Below, piece after piece: positions 9,552-20,379 of a stretch of DNA of 64,000 nt. The position numbers were made by a program, and so were the translations under genes. Where the stretch lies: positions 56,302 through 120,301 of the forward strand of contig CAWJSM010000001.1 in NCBI GenBank assembly GCA_963845455.1, written 5' to 3'. This DNA comes from Vulcanimicrobiota bacterium (GTDB taxonomy: Bacteria > Vulcanimicrobiota > Vulcanimicrobiia > Vulcanimicrobiales > Vulcanimicrobiaceae). The first letter of the stretch is position 1. Each line of letters begins with the position of its first letter. The notes under the pieces are model-generated. The model had not been told where the DNA came from, searched no databases, and saw only the letters and a list, made by a program, of their open reading frames with translations.

Positions 9552-11211
9552 GTGCGTAAACCGTTGCTCGTCATCGTCTCGCTCGCCTTTGCCGTCCTGC
9601 TCGTTACGGCCGCTAGCGGACTTCATGCGCAGACACAAGGCGTCGCGCTGACGGGGACCGTCAGCTCAGCCGAAGAGGGGGCGATGGAAGGCGTGCTGGT
9701 CAGCGCCCGGCTGAACGGCTCGAACATCACGACCACGGTCGTGAGCGACGCAAATGGGCGTTACAGTTTCCCAGCGGCGAGACTCGGTGCGGGCGCGTAT
9801 GCGCTCACGATTCGCGCGGCCGGGTACGACCTCGACGGATCCAACGTGATCACGCTCGGCTCAGCCACAACGAACGCCGACCTGCGCCTGAAGAAGACGA
9901 CCGACCTCGCCGCACAGCTCAGCAACGGGGACTGGCTGACGAGCATGCCCGGCACGCCGGATGAGAAGAAGCGGCTGATCGACTGCATGGGCTGCCACAC
10001 GATCTTCCGGATCGTGACGACGCACTATACGGCGAATCAGCTCGTGCAGATCATTCCGATGATGAGCGGGTTCGCGCCCGGTGCGCAGCCGCTGTCGCCG
10101 GACCGCCGGCTCTCGCCACCGCGCAGACAGGACGCGGCACAACTGCGCTCGCTCGCGGAATACATTGCGAGCATCAACCTGAGCAGCGGGTCGTGGAAGT
10201 ATCCGCTCAAGACGCACCCGCGACCGAGCGGCCGCGCGACGCACGAGATCGTCACGGAGTACGACCTGCCGCGCGCGCTGACCGAACCGCACGACGTGAT
10301 CCTCGATGCGCACGGCATGGCGTGGTACTCGGATTTTGCGGCGCAAGTTCTGGGCGAACTCGACCCGCGTACCGGCGTGGTCACGGAATACACGCTGCCG
10401 CGCCTCAAACCGCAATTTCCCGCGGGTTCGCTGGACCTCGAAATGGACAAGTCCGGTAATATCTGGATGGGCATGCTGTTGCAGGCGGGCGTCGCCGAAT
10501 TCGATCCGAAAACGAAAACCTTCAAGACGTTCTCGCTGCCGCCCGAACTTGAACGATAACGCCTCGCAGATCGCGATGGTCGATCCGCTGCCGAACGGTC
10601 TCGTGATCACCAACGACGTCGACAAGAACACCGTTCACTTGCTGGACCCGGCAACGAATCAGTGGCAGACGTACGGGCCGTTCAAGATTACCGACAATAC
10701 CGGTTTGCACTCCGAAACGCTCTATGGCGTGCTCACCGACGCACACAACAACGCCTATGCGCTCGACTTCAGCCAGACCGACGGCAACTACCTCGGCAAA
10801 GTCGATTATCAAACCAAAGCACTCTCGATGATCCCGACGCCGACCAAGAACGTCCGGCTGCGCCGCGGGCACTTCAACGACAAAAACCAGCTGGCGTTTG
10901 CGGAATTTGCCGGCGACCAGATCGGGATGTACGACGCCAACACCGGCAAGATGACGGAGTGGAAGCTGCCGACGACCTGGAGCGATCCCTACGATGCGGT
11001 CCAGGACAAGCATGGCGAATTGTGGACGGGCAACATGTCGACGGACCTCATCACGCGGCTCGATTCGAAGACCGGCAAGACCGTCGAGTACCTGTTGCCG
11101 CGCGCGACGAACGTGCGCCGCGTGTTCGTCGACAACACGACGAACCCGGTGACGTTCTGGGTCGGCAGCAACCAGGGCGCATCGATCGTCAAACTCGAAC
11201 CGGGCGATTAG
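9552..11211 (+). pseudogene. secreted CarboxypepD_reg-like + CxxCH + Vgb-lyase-like beta-propeller protein (one frame change)
   Basis: Signal peptide, then ..GVLVSARLNGSNITTTVVSDANGRYSF.., a single heme-c type motif CMGCH, then propeller blades (GNIWMGMLLQAGVAEFDP, GELWTGNMSTDLITRLD, VTFWVGSNQGASIVKLEP). ORFs 9552-10559 and 10306-11211 join near 10545 (..LPPEL|NDNASQ..). Confidence 0.65.
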
Positions 11212-12184
11212 ATGCGCGCGGTTGCGCTCGTGCTGCTGGCAAGTCTCGCGTCGTTCGCCGTCCGCGGCCGGCCGCTCGCCCAAAGCGGTCTCACCGAACT
11301 GACCTTTGCGCTGGTCGCTCCCGGCACCGCCGGGTGGCCGTTGATCCTGGCGGAATCGCAAGGCTTCTATAAGGACGAGGGGATTGCGGTGACGATGATC
11401 GTGGGCGGGACGCCGCCCAACGTCGTCAGCCAAGTTGCGACCGGTGCGGTCAATCTCGGCGCCAACGGGTGCGACTCCGAAATCGTTGCGATCGCGCATC
11501 AGCTGCCGATCAAGATCGTCGCGCCGATGTTCAGCGTGAACCCCTACTCGCTCGTCGTCGCTCCGAACATCAAGACGTGGGCCGACCTCAAGGGTAAGTC
11601 GGTCATGCTCGCGACGAAACAGGACGTTACCGCAATCGCGTTCAGCGCGATGGCCGCGGCCCATAACCTCACGCTCGACGATTTTTCCATCGTGATCAGC
11701 GGCAACAGCACCGAACGCATTGCCGGACTCAACAGCGGCAACGTGCAGGGGGCGATGCTGAACGAACCCTACGACTTAACGGCCGAAGCTGCCGGCGACC
11801 GGATCCTGGGCAGCGCGGTCGATACGACCAAGGACTGGGCGTTCGCCTGCATTTTTGCCAACACGGGCTGGGCCGAGAAGCATCGCCCGCTGGTCGTGAA
11901 GTTTTTACGCGCCGTGCACCGGGGAATGCAGTACGGCTACACGCATAAGGCGGAATCCGTGGCAGCGCTCGTTGCCAGCGCGCACATCGATCCGGTCGAT
12001 TGCTGCGCGTGCTTGGGATATCGACTTCGGCAAGTGGAAAGCCTACGATCCCAACCTGAAGCTCTCGCCGTCGGGGATCGCCGCGATCGGGAAATATCAG
12101 GTCGGGTTCGGCATCATTCCCGCGCTGCCGCCGATGGCCGACTTTTACGATCCCTCCTTTGCCGCCGAAGCAGTGAAAAAATAG
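11212..12184 (+). pseudogene. NMT1/SsuA-like ABC substrate-binding protein (one frame change)
   Basis: Signal peptide plus ..YKDEGIAVTMIVGGTPPNVVSQVATGAVNLG... The C-terminal 70 aa (..WDIDFGKWKAYDPNLKLSPSGIAAIGKYQ..AAEAVKK) are in ORF 11972-12184, with a shift near 12000. Confidence 0.7.
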
Positions 12185-12411
12185 GTCGATCTCGGGCTGC
12201 TGCGCATGGCGCTGCCGGACATCGGTCTTGCGAGCGCATCGACGGTGGATATTACGGCGAATCCGATCCCAACACGCACGCCGTGCTCGGGGTGCTCGAC
12301 ATCACCGGCGGTTACCGCCTCGTTCGCAGCCATTTGCTTGCGCTGATCATGCGCTGCGCGCTGGATATCGAAGAAGGTTTAGCCGCTGTGCCGGCGGGCT
12401 TTCTCTGAGCT

Positions 12412-13354
12412 TTATGATTGTGGCGGTCCCTCGACGACGCGCCCTTCGGGCGCTTTGCTCGGGATGACATGTATGTTCTTGCCGTGTGTGCCTTGCGTGC
12501 CGTGCGCGACATTCGCGCTATGCGCGGGGTGTTCGGTTTTTATGGTTACTCGCTGCATGGTGCGGCGGTTGGGGTAGTAGTCGTTGGCGGCATAGTGTTG
12601 GGTGCCGCGGTTGTCCCAGAAGACCATTGAGTTGGGTTGCCAGTGGAAGCGGAATTGGTATTCGGGGATCATGGCTTGCATGAAGAGTTGGGCTAGGAGT
12701 GCGCGGCTTTCGGTTTCGGACATGCCTTTGATCGCTAGCGTGAATTGGGGGTTTACGAAGAGTATCTTTTGGCCGGTTGCGGGGTGGGTGGTGACGACGG
12801 GGTGCGTTGGGTTTGGGAGTTCCTCTTCCATTTTTGCTAGGCGTTCGTGGCGTTCGCGCGGTGAGAGGTCGTCGAACTTGTGGCGGAAGTTTTGGAAGTC
12901 GTGGATCGCTTCGAGACCGTCGATCAGGTGCTGCATCTTGCTGCTGAGACCGCTGTAAGCGGCGGCCATGTCGGCCCACAGCGTGTCGCCGCCGCGTTCG
13001 GGCATCGTAATGCAGCGCAGGATCGATGCCCATCGGCGGATCGATGCGGAACGTTTCGTCGGAATGCCAGACGTCGGTGGAGAAGACGGGGTTGTCTTGA
13101 TGGTTGTCGAGGACGAGCACTTCGGGCAGGTGTTCGAGGTGCGGCACGAACGGATGGATCGTGAGTTCGCCGAACTTCTTGCCGAAGGCGACGTGCTGTT
13201 CGGGCGTCATCTCGGCGTCGCGGAAGAACAGCACTTTGTAGTCCATCAGCGCCTGGTGAACTTGCAGCGCGGTTGCGTCGCTCACGGGTTGCGTGAAGTC
13301 GATGCCGCGCACTTCGGCGACGAACGTTGGGCCGTAGGGGATGACGTCAACCAT
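12412..13354 (-). pseudogene. TauD/TfdA-family Fe(II)/2-oxoglutarate dioxygenase (one frame change)
   Basis: N-half ..VWHSDETFRIDPPMG.. (ORF 12518-13354) and C-half ..GGDTLWADMAAAY..MVFWDNRGTQHYAANDY..RTMQRVTI.. (ORF 12412-13005), with a shift near 13020. The last 17 codons (IPSKAPEGRVVEGPPQS) read through a REP copy. Confidence 0.85.
12419..12470 (+). repeat. REP-like palindromic repeat, copy 5 (long form)
   Basis: TGTGGCGGTCCCTCGACGACGCGCCCTTCGGGCGCTTTGCTCGGGATGACATG. It overlaps the 3' end of the TauD-like gene. Confidence 0.85.
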
Positions 13355-13365
13355 GAGGTGTTCTC

Positions 13366-14997
13366 TTAGAGAATGAGGCGGCCGATCTTGTTTGTCAAGA
13401 ATTCGGCAAACCAGATGTTTCCATCCGGACCGGTGGTAAGGTCGGCTGGGTTGGCGCCGGCGGTCGGAATGGTATAGTCGGTTTCTACGCCGGCGGTTGT
13501 CACTGAGCCGATGATATTCGTGTGGGTTCCACCGTAATAGAGTTTGCCGTCCGAACCTACGGCGAGTCCCTCGGGGTTGGGGTCAGCGAGCGATAACTGG
13601 TTGATAAATGTGCCGCTGGTATTGACCAGATCGAGCTTGGCGTTTGCCGCATCGATGATCCACAGCAGACTGAGCGGGCCGCTGACGACGTTGCGCAGCT
13701 GCGCCCCGCCGGGAATCGAATATTGCGTATACGCGAGGGTGGTCTGCGAGAACGCGTCGAGCATCGGGGAGCTCGAAAACGGCTCGGTTACCCACATGCG
13801 GCCGTCGGCACCCATGGCCACGCCTTCGAGTTGGGGCGTGCTGGGAATTTGGGCCGATTCCGTCACCGTGCCAGCCGTCGTGATTTGCCCGAGGCGGCCG
13901 GGGTTACTCGCGCCGAATTCGGCGAAGTAGAGATTGCCGCTCGAGCCTGAGGCAATGCCTTCGGGTTGCGCGTTCGCCGTCAGCACGTTGAACTCGGTCA
14001 CGGCGCCGGCCGGCGTGACGCGCCCGATTTTGTTGGTCGAGAATTCGGTGAACCAGATATTTCCGTCGGGGCCCTCGCAAATGAACGCGATCCCGCCGCT
14101 CGTCGAAAATTGTTGGACCGTGCCGTCTGGTGTGACGTAGCCGATCGCGGCTACGTTTTGTTGACCGAACCACAGGTTGCCGTCGGAACCGGTCGCGACC
14201 GAATCGGGATAGATTCCACCGGGAATCGGATATTCCAAAATCGTGTGGTGCGGGTAGACGCTAAAGCTGGCCGGTGTAATCGTGCCGGCGCCGGTTGCCG
14301 ACGGCGTAATCGTGACGGTGTTGCCGGCCAGCGTTCCGGACCCGTTGTACGTGAACGTCACGCTGCTGACGGCGGGCGAGGTGATGGAGATGGTCGATAC
14401 GGTCGTGTTGCCGGAGGCGTCGCTGTTGCTCAACGTGATTGGATTCGCGTACGGATCGGTGCCGACGATCGTGTTGTTGTCCGCATCGAGTACGGTCACG
14501 CTGACGGTGGCTGTCGTCGCTAACGTTCCCGGCACGAGGTGCGTGACGGCCGACGCGAGCTGGATTTTCGCGACCTGGCCACCGAAGGCAATGGCGACCA
14601 CGTTCGCGATCGTCGCGCCGATCGTCGCCGATGTCGACCCTTGGGAGAGCAGCACGTGCGACGCGTCGTAGAGCGAGGCGTTGAAGGTATCGAGACCGAC
14701 CGGTGCGTTGATGGTCAGCGTGCAGGTCGTCGAACACGCGGCAGTGACCGGCGCGCCCGCGTTCACGCTGACGCTGGCGGATGCCGTGCTGGCGGAAATA
14801 TATTGCAGGTGACGGCTCGTGCTGCTGGTCGCGCGCGGAATGGTGATGGTGAACGTCACCGCGACCGTTTGAGCGGCGGCCTTGGTTGGGGTGGCCGATG
14901 GTATCGACGACGATCCGGTTCCGGCGCCGCCGCCACCACAGGCGGCTAGGCTCACCATCGCGGCGGCGATTGCAATACGTACGAACGATACCGTCAT
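13366..14997 (-). CDS. lipoprotein with Ig-like N-terminal module and seven-bladed Vgb-lyase-like beta-propeller
   Basis: ATG 14997 (MTVSFVRIAIAAAMVSLAACGGG, lipobox LAAC). Repeated blades GNIWFTEFSTNKIGRVTPAG / GNLYFAEF.. / GNIWFAEFLTNKIGRLIL. ATGA overlap with the upstream gene. Confidence 0.7.
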   Translation of the reverse strand: MTVSFVRIAIAAAMVSLAACGGGGAGTGSSSIPSATPTKAAAQTVAVTFTITIPRATSSTSRHLQYISASTASASVSVNAGAPVTAACSTTCTLTINAPVGLDTFNASLYDASHVLLSQGSTSATIGATIANVVAIAFGGQVAKIQLASAVTHLVPGTLATTATVSVTVLDADNNTIVGTDPYANPITLSNSDASGNTTVSTISITSPAVSSVTFTYNGSGTLAGNTVTITPSATGAGTITPASFSVYPHHTILEYPIPGGIYPDSVATGSDGNLWFGQQNVAAIGYVTPDGTVQQFSTSGGIAFICEGPDGNIWFTEFSTNKIGRVTPAGAVTEFNVLTANAQPEGIASGSSGNLYFAEFGASNPGRLGQITTAGTVTESAQIPSTPQLEGVAMGADGRMWVTEPFSSSPMLDAFSQTTLAYTQYSIPGGAQLRNVVSGPLSLLWIIDAANAKLDLVNTSGTFINQLSLADPNPEGLAVGSDGKLYYGGTHTNIIGSVTTAGVETDYTIPTAGANPADLTTGPDGNIWFAEFLTNKIGRLIL

Positions 14998-16028
14998 GAT
15001 CCCACCAAGGTCGTCGTCTCGACGTTGATCGTCACCGGCGTGCTTGCGCCGAGCGAGTTCGAGACGATCACGGTGCACGTGCCCACGCCGAGCGACGTTA
15101 ACGGCAGCAAACCGCCGGAGAAAGTTCCGAGCGACACGACGCCCGAACAACTGCCGGGCGGTGACTGCGTAAAGAGAAAGCCGCCGTTATAATTGTTCTG
15201 GCTCACCGAGATCGACGCAGCGCCGGGCACGGTCGTGAATTGCACGGTGCCGGGTGCTACGGTTAGCGGTCCCGGCGGCGGAATGATCAGCGATGCCGAT
15301 CCCGAGACCGTACCGGACGTCGCCGTAAACGTGATCGGTCCGCCGGCGAGCGCGCCCGTATAATCGACCGGAATCATCGTCGTCGTTGCCGGGATCGCGG
15401 CGATGGTCGTTGGTCCGCCGAACGTCAGCGGCGCGGGCAGCGGCGGCGAGGTTGTGATTTGGATCGGCTGCACGTAATTGCCGGGCTGCAAGATCACATA
15501 CCCGGCGGCGTCCTTCGCCACGATCGAGAGCGTCGTCGTTGCGGGCAGGCCGACCGTCAGCGTGTTCGGTGAGAGATTGACGCTGAGCGACGACACGACC
15601 CCATCGAACGTCACCGAAATCGTATTGACGCCGTTCGCCAGGATGGTCGCCGTGGTGGTTCCCGTTCCCAGCAGCGCTGAGGACGCAGCGTACGCGGAGA
15701 TCGTAAACGTGTCGGTCCCGAGCGGCGCGACGACGCCGAAGCTGCACGTCGTCGAGGTGGCCGGACAGGGGCCGCTCGTCGTTTGTCCACCGACGGTCAC
15801 GCTGATGCTGGCCGTTGCCGGTGAGACGGACTGCGGAGTGCGGCTCGTCGACGCGGCAGTGCGCGGAATCATCACGACGATGTTGACGTCGGCTGTGCCG
15901 GCGGGTGCCGCGGGGGTCAATTGGGAGACAGCGCTTGCTTGTCCGCCGCCACCGCCCCCGCAGCCCGTAAGCAGCGCCGCGAGAGCCGTCAGACAAACGT
16001 GAACCCAACGAACTCGTGTAGTTCGCAC
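14994..16028 (-). CDS. lipoprotein, Thr/Ser/Gly-rich Ig-like repeats, no propeller
   Basis: Lipobox ALLTGCGGGGG. The N-terminal ~110 aa are paralogous to the next gene (NIVVMIPRTAASTSR..CSFGVVAPLGTDTFTISAYAAS vs FTITIPRATSSTSR..CTLTINAPVGLDTFNASLYDAS). Confidence 0.6.
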   Translation of the reverse strand: MRTTRVRWVHVCLTALAALLTGCGGGGGGQASAVSQLTPAAPAGTADVNIVVMIPRTAASTSRTPQSVSPATASISVTVGGQTTSGPCPATSTTCSFGVVAPLGTDTFTISAYAASSALLGTGTTTATILANGVNTISVTFDGVVSSLSVNLSPNTLTVGLPATTTLSIVAKDAAGYVILQPGNYVQPIQITTSPPLPAPLTFGGPTTIAAIPATTTMIPVDYTGALAGGPITFTATSGTVSGSASLIIPPPGPLTVAPGTVQFTTVPGAASISVSQNNYNGGFLFTQSPPGSCSGVVSLGTFSGGLLPLTSLGVGTCTVIVSNSLGASTPVTINVETTTLVGS

Positions 16029-16055
16029 CCCGCCAGATACGCCAACGTGCGTGCG

Positions 16056-17698
16056 TTATCCGCCGCGGCTTTTTTTGCCGCACGAGATCGGCCTCATCCA
16101 CGATGCCGATCAGGATGCCGCGCTCGGTTTGCGTGTCCGGTGCGGCGTTCGAGGCTGGCGACGGATTCGGTGGGACGGCGGACGCGTTCGGCCCAGTCGT
16201 CGAGAGCGGTCGCGCAGATCGGCGACGACGTGCGGCGGCGCCGGGATCGGTGCCGCGGTCGTCGAGTTCGTGCGGGTCGTCGTCGCAGATCGAACGCCAT
16301 CGGCGGATGAGCCGTCGAAGCGCATCAGCTTCCAGCGATCGGTGACGACCATCTGCATCTTCGAGCGATCGATCGGCGTGCCGAGGATTACGCGCACGCC
16401 GTTGATCGCGTAGTCGAACTCGCTGAACGCGGCGCTGCGCCAATCGGCCGGCGCGTCGCCGTGCAGCAGCGGCTGCGAGCGAGCGGCCTTGCAGGCGGTG
16501 GTAGGCCGGCGTGCCGCCGGCGAATTCGACGAACGTCGGCACGAGATCGATCGACTCGACGAGCGCGTTGCTGACCGTGCCGCGCGTCGACGTCGGCTTC
16601 CGGGCGCGGATCGACGACGATCAGCGGAACGCGGGCGGAGGGTTCGTGGAAGAACTCCTTTTCGCCGAGCCAGTGATCGCCGAGATAGTCGCCGTGATCG
16701 CTCGTGAAAACGATCATCGTCGAATCGAGCAGACGCATGTGCATTCGAGATAGGCGAAGAGCTTGCCGAGTTCGTCGTCGATCTGTTTGATCAGGCCCAT
16801 GTAGGCGGGGATGACGGCGCGGCGCACGTCGTCGTCGCGAGAAGCTTGCGAGTAGCGCAGTTGCTGGAACGCAGCGTAGCACCGGATGCGCGTTGGCCGT
16901 TCGTCTGTCGCCGCGCACGGCCGGCGGGCACGTCGTCCGGTCCGTAGAGCGCGTGATACGGCGCCGGCGCGATGTACGGCCAGTGCGGTTTGATGAAGGA
17001 GAGGTGGATGCACCACGGCGCGCCGGCGGACCGTTCGATGCACTCGATTGCGCGGCGCGTCATGTACGGCGTTTCGGAATGTTCGGCCGCGACGCGGGCG
17101 GGATGCGGGCCGGCATCGAGCAGCCAGCCGGAGCGGATCGTGCCGTCGGTGTCTTCCCACGAGTTGGCCCACGTGTGCCAGGGATTGGGGCCGTCGTAGC
17201 CGAGCGCGTTGAGGTATTGGTTGTAGCGCAGTTGCGGCGTGGCGTTCGGGCGGAACGCCGGGCGATTCGGGGTGCAGGCCGTCGTCGCGTTCGAACGCTT
17301 CGAAGCCGCACTCGATCAGGAGCTTGCCGGTTTCGGAGGTGCGGATCGATGCCGAGGCGTTCGATCGCGTCGATGTCGGCGCGCATGTGCGTTTTGCCGA
17401 CGAGCTGCGTGCGCATGCCGAGCGGGCGCAGGTAGTCGCCGAGCGTCCATTCATCGAGGCGCAGCGGCACGTCGTTCCAGGTCGTGCCGTGCGTGCGCAT
17501 GTAGGTGCCGGTGTAGGTCGACATGCGCGAGGGGCCGCAGATCGGCGATTGCACGTAGGCGCGGTCGAAGCGGACGCCGCGCTTCGCGAGCGCGTCGATG
17601 TTCGGCGTCGCGACGCGGCCCGGCATCGCGCACGAGAGATAGTCCCAGCGCAACTGATCGGCCATGATGAAGAGCACGTTGCGCGCGGGACCAGCCAT
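16056..17698 (-). pseudogene. sulfatase (arylsulfatase / phosphonate-monoester-hydrolase family), at least five frame changes
   Basis: N-terminus MAGPARNVLFIMADQLRWDY..SPICGPSRMSTYTG (C-x-P-x-R formylglycine motif). Later pieces ..WCIHLSFIKPHWPY.., ..IVFTSDHGDYLGDHWLGEKEFF..SARVPLIVVDP.., ..RWKLMRFDG.. are scattered over all three frames. The 3' end depends on a T7 run at 16070-16076. Confidence 0.8.
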
Positions 17699-17748
17699 GC
17701 GGGAGAAGTTGCGCCGGTTCGGCGAGGTAACCCTCGCGGGCGGTTAGA

Positions 17749-18507
17749 CTACGCCGGAATTGCCTCGCGCACGTCGGCGAACGTGATTTTGTCATCGTAG
17801 AGGCCGGGACCGGTCTCACCGAGATACGAGACGGCTTCGCCGATGCCGATGACGTCGCAGTATTTCGCCTGCATGTCGAACAGACTCATCGCGTGCGAGC
17901 TTTCGAAGCGGTCGAACGTGCACTCTTCGACGATCGAGATCTTGTAGTTGAGCGAGAACGCGTCGACGACTGCCGCGCGTACGCAGCCGGAGGTCGTCGT
18001 CCCGGTGACGATCAGCGTGTCGACGCCGAGATCGACCAGGAAACCCGGCAGCGGCGTGCCGTTGAACGGGCTCGGCTTGAGCTTTTCGATCACGATCTCG
18101 TGCTGCAGCGGCGCGATCTCTTTGACGATGTCGTTGCCGCGCACCGGCGTCGGCGTGACGGGCCGGTCTTCGCCCGAGCGGCGGTTCTTGTGCGCCCAGC
18201 CGCCGCGATCGAAGCCGTCGGGGCGCGAGTCGACGCCGGTGCTGAAGAAGACCGGGATGTGATTGGCGCGCGCCGCGGCCAAGAGCCGTTGCGTGGGTTC
18301 GATCGCGGCCCAGCCTGCCGCACCGCAACTGTTACGCCAGGTTTTCACCGACTCGAGAATCGGCACGTTTACATCGCCGGTGAACGCGTAGTTCACGTCG
18401 ACGATCAACACCGCCGGGCGCGAACCGAAGCCGCCCCGCGCGCCGTAGCCTGAAGCGGTGTAGACCTGACGATCGGTTTCGGTAAGGAATTTGTCCCAGA
18501 CGGCCAT
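17749..18507 (-). CDS. isochorismatase-family cysteine hydrolase (N-carbamoylsarcosine amidase-like)
   Basis: Intact 252 aa. ..RPAVLIVDVNYAF.., ..IEKLKPSPFNGTPL.., catalytic-Cys segment LIVTGTTTSGCVRAAVVDA. Confidence 0.85.
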   Translation of the reverse strand: MAVWDKFLTETDRQVYTASGYGARGGFGSRPAVLIVDVNYAFTGDVNVPILESVKTWRNSCGAAGWAAIEPTQRLLAAARANHIPVFFSTGVDSRPDGFDRGGWAHKNRRSGEDRPVTPTPVRGNDIVKEIAPLQHEIVIEKLKPSPFNGTPLPGFLVDLGVDTLIVTGTTTSGCVRAAVVDAFSLNYKISIVEECTFDRFESSHAMSLFDMQAKYCDVIGIGEAVSYLGETGPGLYDDKITFADVREAIPA

Positions 18508-18525
18508 GGCTCGGATCCTTTCGCG

Positions 18526-19503
18526 TTAAGAGAAGAATTGGGGGTCGACGATTTCTTGATACGGGACTTCGGCACTCAGCAGGCCGGCCGCGATGACGAC
18601 CGCTTCGGCCGTCTTGACCGAATCGGGCGTGATCTTGCCGGTCCACTCCCAGAGCTGATCGGCATACGTGCGCGCCATCGACGTCTTGAGATCGGTCGGC
18701 GACATGTCGGGAAACTCCTTGGCCGCGATCGCGAGCGTTTCCGCTTGATGGTCGCGCACGAACGCGAGCGCCTTTTTCATGCCGGCAACGAACGCTCGCG
18801 CGGTTGCCGGGTCGGAGGTGATCGACTGCTGGGATACGTTGATGGTCGAGTAAGCGTACGGCCCGAAGACGTGCGCGCCGTTCCAGAACGGCTCGCCCCA
18901 CTGGCCCGCTTCAACGCCGCGCGAGATCATCGGTTCGTTCATCACGCCGATGTCGGCCTGACCCTGCGCGACGGTGGCCCCGATGGCCGCCGTCGTCACC
19001 TCCATCAGCGTCACGTCCTTCGTGGGATCCATGTTGAACTTCTTGAGCAGGTAGCGGATCGTCGAGTTGGGCGTGCCGCCGTAGCTGGAGACGGCGATCC
19101 GTTTGCCGTGCAAGAACGTTTTGAGATCCTTGCCCGGCGTGAGGCCCTTCGCTGCGACGAAGTAATTGTTGTTGCGGTTGACGACGTTGCAGATGGCGCG
19201 CAGATTGGCGCCCTTCACGTCGGCATACGCGTTGTGTTCGGGGCCGCCGATGAACCCCCACGCTTGCCCCGAGAGCACGGCGTTCGTGTGTTCCGAGCCC
19301 GAACTGGCGAGCGTGATCGTTGAGACGCTGAGGCCGGCGAACGAGTTGTTGCGGATCCCGACGTACAGCGGCAGATAACCGATGCCGTGCTGCGGTTCGG
19401 CGATGAGGATCGACTTGGTTGCGGCGCGCGCCGTGGCCGGGATGCCCAGCGTGCCGAGAGCGGCGCCTGAGGCGGAGGTGCGAAGGAAGGGGCCGCGACG
19501 CAT
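18526..19503 (-). CDS. NMT1/SsuA-like ABC substrate-binding protein with Tat-type signal
   Basis: ATG 19503: MRRGPFLRTSASGAALGTLGIPATARA (RR-x-FL). The rest of the 700-aa tracked ORF upstream is the permease read in frame. Confidence 0.8.
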   Translation of the reverse strand: MRRGPFLRTSASGAALGTLGIPATARAATKSILIAEPQHGIGYLPLYVGIRNNSFAGLSVSTITLASSGSEHTNAVLSGQAWGFIGGPEHNAYADVKGANLRAICNVVNRNNNYFVAAKGLTPGKDLKTFLHGKRIAVSSYGGTPNSTIRYLLKKFNMDPTKDVTLMEVTTAAIGATVAQGQADIGVMNEPMISRGVEAGQWGEPFWNGAHVFGPYAYSTINVSQQSITSDPATARAFVAGMKKALAFVRDHQAETLAIAAKEFPDMSPTDLKTSMARTYADQLWEWTGKITPDSVKTAEAVVIAAGLLSAEVPYQEIVDPQFFS

Positions 19504-19511
19504 GGGGTCTC

Positions 19512-20379
19512 CTAGCGGGAAGTTTGGGTGTGAAAGAAGCGCCGTAACAGCGTGTTTTCGAGCCACGTCGTGACGATGTAGAGCGCAACCGAGAGCAGCG
19601 ACAGCGTGAACACGCCCGACCAGATGAGCGCGATGTTGTAGGTCTGGCCGGCGTAGTCGATCGAGCGGCCCAAGCCGTGCTGCGATCCGATGAACTCGCC
19701 GACGATCGCTCCCGCGAGCGCCAGGCCGATGTTGATCCGCATCGCCGAGAGAATCGCCGGGAACGTTCCGGGCAAGATGACTTTGCTGAACACTTGCCAG
19801 CGCGTCGCACCGAGCGAAAAGACCAGCCGCACGAGATCGCGGTCGACGGCGCGCATCCCGGAATACGTCGTCAGCGCGCTGATCACGATGGTGAGCGCCA
19901 CCGCCATGCCGATCTTCGATGCGATGCCGATGCCGAGCACGAGGACGACGATCGGCGCGAGCGCGAGCTTCGGCATGCCCTCGAACACGATCAGGAACGG
20001 CTCCATCACCTTCGCATACCAGGTCGACCACCAGAACGAGAGCCCGATCGCCGAGCCCGGAGACGGTTCCGATCACGAAGCCGATGATCGTGGCGGTGAA
20101 CGTGAACGAGGCGTCCTGGTAGAGCGAGCCGTCCCGCAGCGTGCGCCAGAACTCGACCGCGATCAAGGACGGCTGGCTCCACAAGAACGGGTTGATCACG
20201 TGCAGCCGCGCGAGCGTCTCCCAGAGCGCGAGGACGCCGACGGCGATTGCGACGCGGCCGGCCATCACCGACCATGCTGCGGGGGATGTGGCGCGGTACA
20301 CGCGCCGTAATTTCACGCGCGTTGCGGCTCGTGGTGCGGCGGCGACCGGGGGTGCGAGTTCGGTTATGTCGGCACTCAT
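19512..20379 (-). pseudogene. NitT/TauT-family ABC permease (one frame change)
   Basis: ATG 20379 (MSADITELAPP..) overlaps the ATPase stop (ATGA). N-half ..INPFLWSQPSLIAVEFW.. and C-half (ORF 19512-20009, ..LGATRWQVFSKVILPGTFPAILSAMRINIGLALAGAIVGEF..) join near 20030. Confidence 0.8.

Noticed and set aside
12185-12411. Protein-like tail (..DPNTHAVLGVLDITGGYRLVRSHLLALIMRCALDIEEGL..) after the SBP gene, a possible gene remnant
   Set aside because: It is only about 50 codons, with no recognisable family and no start or SD. It is in frame merely with the out-of-frame continuation of ORF 11212-12408. It cannot be supported.
16056-17698. Sulfatase as a genuine, heavily decayed pseudogene (five or more frame changes in 1.6 kb)
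   Set aside because: Its break density is no higher than in recG or the tad genes. There are no substitution-type stops or deletions, and the active-site CGPSR and metal-binding segments are preserved. It cannot be distinguished from assembly error without reads.
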